A stretch of DNA of 64,000 nt from contig OZ059899.1 of the NCBI GenBank assembly GCA_964057225.1, positions 1,922,001 to 1,986,000 of the forward strand, given 5' to 3'. Of the stretch, positions 56,301-64,000 are shown one piece after another. Under the pieces are notes generated by a model that had not been told where the DNA came from, did not search any database, and saw only the letters and a list, made by a program, of their open reading frames with translations. Origin of the DNA: Auanema rhodensis. Taxonomy: Eukaryota > Animalia > Nematoda. The translations under genes were made by a program, and so were the position numbers. Position 1 is the stretch's first letter. Each line of letters begins with the position of its first letter.

Positions 56301-56769
56301 TCAACATACACTAATGCATCATTTTTCAAACGATCATAACTAATTTTTGTATCAAGCGTTTCTCGATGTAGTATAGTGCATTCGATGCGGATTTTTAAGC
56401 TGCGTCGATCTGTGTTATCAGATTTGCGCTAGCTTAAAAATGCACCGAGATATCAACTGATATAAGTTCACACTTATATCCTCGATTTTCACCCTGAAGA
56501 ATTAATTTTTTCGTTGAATTACATTGTCCATCGTCTTTGCCTTGAAAAATGGAATCTAAAAACATCTACTTTTTGCTAAATTATTCTGAAATTTTTCGAA
56601 AAAATTTTTTTGTTAAAATGTTTTTGGAAGCAATGTTGAGTGTACATGGAAACTCAACATACACTAATGCATCATTTTTCAAACAATCATAACTAATTTG
56701 TGTATTAAGCGTTTCTCAATGTAGTATAGTGCATTCGATGCGGACTTTTAAGCTGCGTCGATCTGTGTG

Positions 56770-59700
56770 ATCAGATTTGCGCTAGCTTAAAAATGCACCG
56801 AGATATCAACTGATATAAGTTCACACTTATATCCTCGATTTTCACCCTGAAGAATTGATTTTTTCGTTGAATAACATTGTCTATCGTCTTTGCCTTGAAA
56901 AATGGAATCTAAAAACATCTACTTTTTGCTAAATTATTTTGAAATTTTTCGAAAAAATTTTTGTCAAAATGTTTTTGGAAGCAATGTTGAGTGTACATGG
57001 AAACTCAACATACACTAATGCATCATTTTTCAAACGATCATAACTAATTTTTGTATCAAGCGTTTCTCGATGTAGTATAGTGCATTCGATGCGGATTTTT
57101 AAGCTGCGTCGATCTGTGTTATCAGATTTGCGCTAGCTTAAAAATGCACCGAGATATCAACTGATATAAGTTCACACTTATATCTTCGATTTTCACCCTG
57201 AAGAATTAATTTTTTTGTTGAATAACATTGTCCATCGTCTTTGCCTTAAAAAAGGAATCTAAAAACATCTACTTTTTGCTAAATTATTTTGAAATTTTTC
57301 GAAAAAATTTTTGTCAAAATGTTTTTGGAAGCAATGTTGAGTGTACATGGAAACTCAACATACACTAATGCATCATTTTTCAAACAATCATAACTAATTT
57401 GTGTATCAAGCGTTTCTCAATGTAGTATAGTGCATTCGATGCGGATTTTTAAGCTGCGTCGATCTGTGTTATCAGATTTGCGCTAGCTTAAAAATGCACC
57501 GAGATATCAACTGATATAAGTTCACACTTATATCCTCGATTTTCACCCTGAAGAATTAATTTTTTCGTTGAATAACATTGTCCATCGTCTTTGCCTTGAA
57601 AAATGGAATCTAAAAACATCTACTTTTTGCTAAATTATTTTGAAATTTTTCGAAAAAATTTTTGTCAAAATGTTTTTGGAAGCAATGTTGAGTGTACATG
57701 GAAACTCAACATACACTAATGCATCATTTTTCAAACGATCATAACTAATTTTTGTATCAAGCGTTTCTCAACGTAGTATAGTGCATTCGATGCGGATTTT
57801 TAAGCTGCGTCGATCTGTGTTATCAGATTTGCGCTAGCTTAAAAATGCACCGAGATATCAACTGATATAAGTTCACACTTATATCCTCGATTTTCACCCT
57901 GAAGAATTAATTTTTTCGTTGAATAACATTGTCCATCGTCTTTGCCTTGAAAAATGGAATCTAAAAACATCTACTTTTTGCTAAATTATTTTGAAATTTT
58001 TCGAAAAAATTTTTGTCAAAATGTTTTTGGAAGCAATGTTGAGTGTACATGGAAACTCAACATACACTAATGCATCATTTTTCAAACAATCATAACTAAT
58101 TTGTGTATCAAGCGTTTCTCAACGTAGTATAGTGCATTCGATGCGGATTTTTAAGCTGCGTCGATCTGTGTTATCAGATTTGCGCTAGCTTAAAAATGCA
58201 CCGAGATATCAACTGATATAAGTTCACACTTATATCCTCGATTTTCACCCTGAAGAATTGATTTTTTCGTTGAATAACATTGTCCATCGTCTTTGCCTTG
58301 AAAAATGAAATCTAAAAACATCTACTTTTTGCTAAATTATTTTGAAATTTTTCGAAAAAATTTTTGTCAAAATGTTTTTGGAAGCAATGTTAAGTGTACA
58401 TGGAAACTCAACATACACTAATGCATCATTTTTCAAACGATCATAACTAATTTTTGTATTGAGCGTTTCTCAATGTAGTATAGTGCATTCGATGCGGATT
58501 TTTAAGCTGCGTCGATCTGTGTTATCAGATTTGCGCTAGCTTAAAAATGCACCGAGATATCAACTGATATAAGTTCACACTTATATCCTCGATTTTCACC
58601 CTGAAGAATTAATTTTTTCGTTGAATAACATTGTCCATCGTCTTTGCCTTGAAAAATGAAATCTGAAAACATCTACTTTTTGCTAAATTATTTTGAAATT
58701 TTTCGAAAAAAGTTTTGTCAAAATGTTTTTGGAAGCAATGTTGAGTGTACATGGAAACTCAACATACACTAATGCATCATTTTTCAAACGATCATAACTA
58801 ATTTTTGTATCAAGCGTTTCTCAACGTAGTATAGTGCATTCGATGCGGATTTTTAAGCTGCGTCGATCTGTGTTATCAGATTTGCGCTAGCTTAAAAGTG
58901 CACCGAGATATCAACTGATATAAGTTCACACTTATATCCTCGATTTTCACCCTGAAGAATTGATTTTTTCGTTGAATAACATTGTCCATCGTCTTTGCCT
59001 TGGAAAATGAAATCTAAAAACATCTACTTTTTGCTAAATTATTTTGAAATTTTTCGAAAAAATTTTTGTCAAAATGTTTTTGGAAGCAATGTTGAGTGTA
59101 CATGGAAACTCAACATACACTAATGCATCATTTTTCAAACAATCATAACTAATTTGTGTATTAAGCGTTTCTCAATGTAGTATAGTGCATTCGATGCGGA
59201 TTTTTAAGCTGCGTCGATCTGTGTGATCAGATTTGCGCTAGCTTAAAAATGCACCGAGATATCAACTGATATAAGTTCACACTTATATCCTCGATTTTCA
59301 CCCTGAAGAATTGATTTTTTCGTTGAATAACATTGTCTATCGTCTTTGCCTTGAAAAATGGAATCTAAAAACATCTACTTTTTGCTAAATTATTTTGAAA
59401 TTTTTCGAAAAAATTTTTGTCAAAATGTTTTTGGAAGCAATGTTGAGTGTACATGGAAACTCAACATACACTAATGCATCATTTTTCAAACAATCATAAC
59501 TAATTTGTGTATTAAGCGTTTCTCAATGTAGTATAGTGCATTCGATGCGGATTTTTAAGCTGCGTCGATCTGTGTTATCAGATTTGCGCTAGCTTAAAAA
59601 TGCACCGAGATATCAACTGATATAAGTTCACACTTATATCCTCGATTTTCACCCTGAAGAATTAATTTTTTCGTTGAATAACATTGTCCATCGTCTTTGC

Positions 59701-62700
59701 CTCGAAAAATGGAATGTAAAAACATCTACTTTTTGCTAAATTATTTTGAAATTTTTCGAAAAAATTTTTGTCAAAATGTTTTTGGAAGCAATGTTGAGTG
59801 TACATGGAAATTCAACATACACTAATGCATCATTTTTCAAACAATCATAACTAATTTGTGTATTAAGCGTTTCTCAATGTAGTATAGTGCATTCGATGCG
59901 GATTTTTAAGCTGCGTCGATCTGTGTTATCAGATTTGCGCTAGCTTAAAAATGCACCGAGATATCAACTGATATAAGTTCACACTTATATCCTCGATTTT
60001 CACCCTGAAGAATTAATTTTTTCGTTGAATAACATTGTCCATCGTCTTTGCCTCGAAAAATGGAATCTAAAAACATCTACTTTTTGCTAAATTATTTTGA
60101 AATTTTTCGAAAAAATTTTTGTCAAAATGTTTTTGGAAGCAATGTTGAGTGTACATGGAAATTCAACATACACTAATGCATCATTTTTCAAACAATCATA
60201 ACTAATTTGTGTATTAAGCGTTTCTCAATGTAGTATAGTGCATTCGATGCGGATTTTTAAGCTGCGTCGATCTGTGTTATCAGATTTGCGCTAGCTTAAA
60301 AATGCACCGAGATATCAACTGATATAAGTTCACACTTATATCCTCGATTTTCACCCTGAAGAATTGATTTTTTCGTTGAATAACATTGTCTATCGTCTTT
60401 GCCTTGAAAAATGGAATCTAAAAACATCTACTTTTTGCTAAATTATTTTGAAATTTTTCGAAAAAATTTTTGTCAAAATGTTTTTGGAAGCAATGTTGAG
60501 TGTACATGGAAACTCAACATACACTAATGCATCATTTTTCAAACGATCATAACTAATTTTTGTATCAAGCGTTTCTCGATGTAGTATAGTGCATTCGATG
60601 CGGATTTTTAAGCTGCGTCGATCTGTGTTATCAGATTTGCGCTAGCTTAAAAATGCACCGAGATATCAACTGATATAAGTTCACACTTATATCTTCGATT
60701 TTCACCCTGAAGAATTAATTTTTTTGTTGAATAACATTGTCCATCGTCTTTGCCTTAAAAAAGGAATCTAAAAACATCTACTTTTTGCTAAATTATTTTG
60801 AAATTTTTCGAAAAAATTTTTGTCAAAATGTTTTTGGAAGCAATGTTGAGTGTACATGGAAACTCAACATACACTAATGCATCATTTTTCAAACAATCAT
60901 AACTAATTTGTGTATCAAGCGTTTCTCAATGTAGTATAGTGCATTCGATGCGGATTTTTAAGCTGCGTCGATCTGTGTTATCAGATTTGCGCTAGCTTAA
61001 AAATGCACCGAGATATCAACTGATATAAGTTCACACTTATATCCTCGATTTTCACCCTGAAGAATTAATTTTTTCGTTGAATAACATTGTCCATCGTTTT
61101 TGCCTTGAAAAATGGAATCTAAAAACATCTACTTTTTGCTAAATTATTTTGAAATTTTTCGAAAAAATTTTTGTCAAAATGTTTTTGGAAGCAATGTTGA
61201 GTGTACATGGAAACTCAACATACACTAATGCATCATTTTTCAAACAATCATAACTAATTTGTGTATCAAGCGTTTCTCAATGTAGTATAGTGCATTCGAT
61301 GCGGATTTTTAAGCTGCGTCGATCTGTGTTATCAGATTTGCGCTAGCTTAAAAATGCACCGAGATATCAACTGATATAAGTTCACACTTATATCCTCGAT
61401 TTTCACCCTGAAGAATTAATTTTTTCGTTGAATAACATTGTCCATCGTCTTTGCCTTGAAAAATGGAATCTAAAAACATCTACTTTTTGCTAAATTATTT
61501 TGAAATTTTTCGAAAAAATTTTTGTCAAAATGTTTTTGGAAGCAATGTTGAGTGTACATGGAAACTCAACATACACTAATGCATCATTTTTCAAACAATC
61601 ATAACTAATTTGTGTATCAAGCGTTTCTCAACGTAGTATAGTGCATTCGATGCGGATTTTTAAGCTGCGTCGATCTGTGTTATCAGATTTGCGCTAGCTT
61701 AAAAATGCACCGAGATATCAACTGATATAAGTTCACACTTATATCCTCGATTTTCACCCTGAAGAATTGATTTTTTCGTTGAATAACATTGTCCATCGTC
61801 TTTGCCTTGAAAAATGAAATCTAAAAACATCTACTTTTTGCTAAATTATTTTGAAATTTTTCGAAAAAATTTTTGTCAAAATGTTTTTGGAAGCAATGTT
61901 AAGTGTACATGGAAACTCAACATACACTAATGCATCATTTTTCAAACGATCATAACTAATTTTTGTATTGAGCGTTTCTCAATGTAGTATAGTGCATTCG
62001 ATGCGGATTTTTAAGCTGCGTCGATCTGTGTTATCAGATTTGCGCTAGCTTAAAAATGCACCGAGATATCAACTGATATAAGTTCACACTTATATCCTCG
62101 ATTTTCACCCTGAAGAATTAATTTTTTCGTTGAATAACATTGTCCATCGTCTTTGCCTTGAAAAATGGAATCTAAAAACATCTACTTTTTGCTAAATTAT
62201 TTTGAAATTTTTCGAAAAAAGTTTTGTCAAAATGTTTTTGGAAGCAATGTTGAGTGTACATGGAAACTCAACATACACTAATGCATCATTTTTCAAACGA
62301 TCATAACTAATTTTTGTATCAAGCGTTTCTCAACGTAGTATAGTGCATTCGATGCGGATTTTTAAGCTGCGTCGATCTGTGTTATCAGATTTGCGCTAGC
62401 TTAAAAATGCACCGAGATATCAACTGATATAAGTTCACACTTATATCCTCGATTTTCACCCTGAAGAATTGATTTTTTCGTTGAATAACATTGTCCATCG
62501 TCTTTGCCTTGGAAAATGAAATCTAAAAACATCTACTTTTTGCTAAATTATTTTGAAATTTTTCGAAAAAATTTTTGTCAAAATGTTTTTGGAAGCAATG
62601 TTGAGTGTACATGGAAACTCAACATACACTAATGCATCATTTTTCAAACAATCATAACTAATTTGTGTATTAAGCGTTTCTCAATGTAGTATAGTGCATT

Positions 62701-63170
62701 CGATGCGGATTTTTAAGCTGCGTCGATCTGTGTGATCAGATTTGCGCTAGCTTAAAAATGCACCGAGATATCAACTGATATAAGTTCACACTTATATCCT
62801 CGATTTTCACCCTGAAGAATTGATTTTTTCGTTGAATAACATTGTCTATCGTCTTTGCCTTGAAAAATGGAATCTAAAAACATCTACTTTTTGCTAAATT
62901 ATTTTGAAATTTTTCGAAAAAATTTTTGTCAAAATGTTTTTGGAAGCAATGTTGAGTGTACATGGAAACTCAACATACACTAATGCATCATTTTTCAAAC
63001 AATCATAACTAATTTGTGTATTAAGCGTTTCTCAATGTAGTATAGTGCATTCGATGCGGATTTTTAAGCTGCGTCGATCTGTGTTATCAGATTTGCGCTA
63101 GCTTAAAAATGCACCGAGATATCAACTGATATAAGTTCACACTTATATCCTCGATTTTCACCCTGAAGAA
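56770..63170. repeat. Duplication at a 10-monomer lag (3509 bp): ~56770-59660 vs ~60280-63170
   Basis: Private AAAAGTTTT at 58712 and 62221, CAACG in a CAATC background at 58123/61632, and a D/F chimeric monomer at 59002/62511. Confidence 0.82.
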
Positions 63171-64000
63171 TTGATTTTTTCGTTGAATAACATTGTCTAT
63201 CGTCTTTGCCTTGAAAAATAGAATCTAAAAACATCTACTTTTTGCTAAATTATTTTGAAATTTTTCGAAAAAATTTTTGTCAAAATGTTTTTGGAAGCAA
63301 TGTTGAGTGTACATGGAAACTCAACATACACTAATGCATCATTTTTCAAACAATCATAACTAATTTGTGTATCAAGCGTTTCTCAATGTAGTATAGTGCA
63401 TTCGATGCGGATTTTTAAGCTGCGTCGATCTGTGTTATCAGATTTGCGCTAGCTTAAAAATGCACCGAGATATCAACTGATATAAGTTCACACTTATATC
63501 CTCGATTTTCACCCTGAAGAATCAATTTTTTCGTTGAATAACATTGTCCATCGTCTTTGCCTTGAAAAATGGAATCTAAAAACATCTACTTTTTGCTAAA
63601 TTATTTTGAAATTTTTCGAAAAAATTTTTGTCAAAATGTTTTTGGAAGCAATGTTGAGTGTACATGGAAACTCAACATACACTAATGCATCATTTTTCAA
63701 ACAATCATAACTAATTTGTGTATCAAACGTTTCTCAATGTAGTATAGTGCATTCGATGCGGATTTTTAAGCTGCGTCGATCTGTGTTATCAGATTTGCGC
63801 TAGCTTAAAAATGCACCGAGATATCAACTGATATAAGTTCACACTTATATCCTCGATTTTCACCCTGAAGAATTGATTTTTTCGTTGAATAACATTGTCC
63901 ATCGTCTTTGCCTTGAAAAATGAAATCTAAAAACATCTACTTTTTGCTAAATTATTTTGAAATTTTTCGAAAAAATTTTTGTCAAAATGTTTTTGGAAGC

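Larger units (their letters stand above)
1..64000. repeat. Tandem satellite DNA array, ~351-bp monomer, ~182 complete copies, single orientation, running off both window edges
   Basis: ATCTAAAAACAT recurs at 11, 362, 713 and onward (period 351). The last monomer starts at 63915. Copies differ by only a few substitutions and 1-2 bp homopolymer indels. No non-satellite sequence was seen. Confidence 0.99.

Noticed and set aside
1-64000. CRISPR array or other repeat-spacer system
   Set aside because: There are no unique spacers and no cas genes; the entire 351-bp unit is repeated.
1-64000. Transposon insertions, inversions or truncated monomers
   Set aside because: Phase and orientation are maintained throughout; only 1-2 bp indels were seen.

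Overview
The whole 64-kb window is one uninterrupted head-to-tail array of an AT-rich satellite DNA. The monomer is 351 bp (range 350-353 bp, about 32% GC by hand count of monomer 1), with about 182 complete copies plus a partial copy, all in one orientation. I see no genuine genes, RNA genes, transposon insertions, inversions or CRISPR array; the seven listed ORFs are chance products of monomer variants. Two layers of structure are visible. First, the monomer is densely packed with dyad symmetries, and several recurrent variants lie on, or perfect, quasi-palindromes. Second, linked diagnostic variants define monomer types in a recurring order (an 8-9-mer higher-order repeat). On top of that order are nested in-register duplications of 2, 4, 5, 10, 11 and 23-24 monomers and an apparent older ~31-kb super-repeat. 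This looks like eukaryotic (peri)centromeric heterochromatin, possibly from an invertebrate, but the organism, family name and function cannot be established from sequence alone. All variant typing was done by eye.
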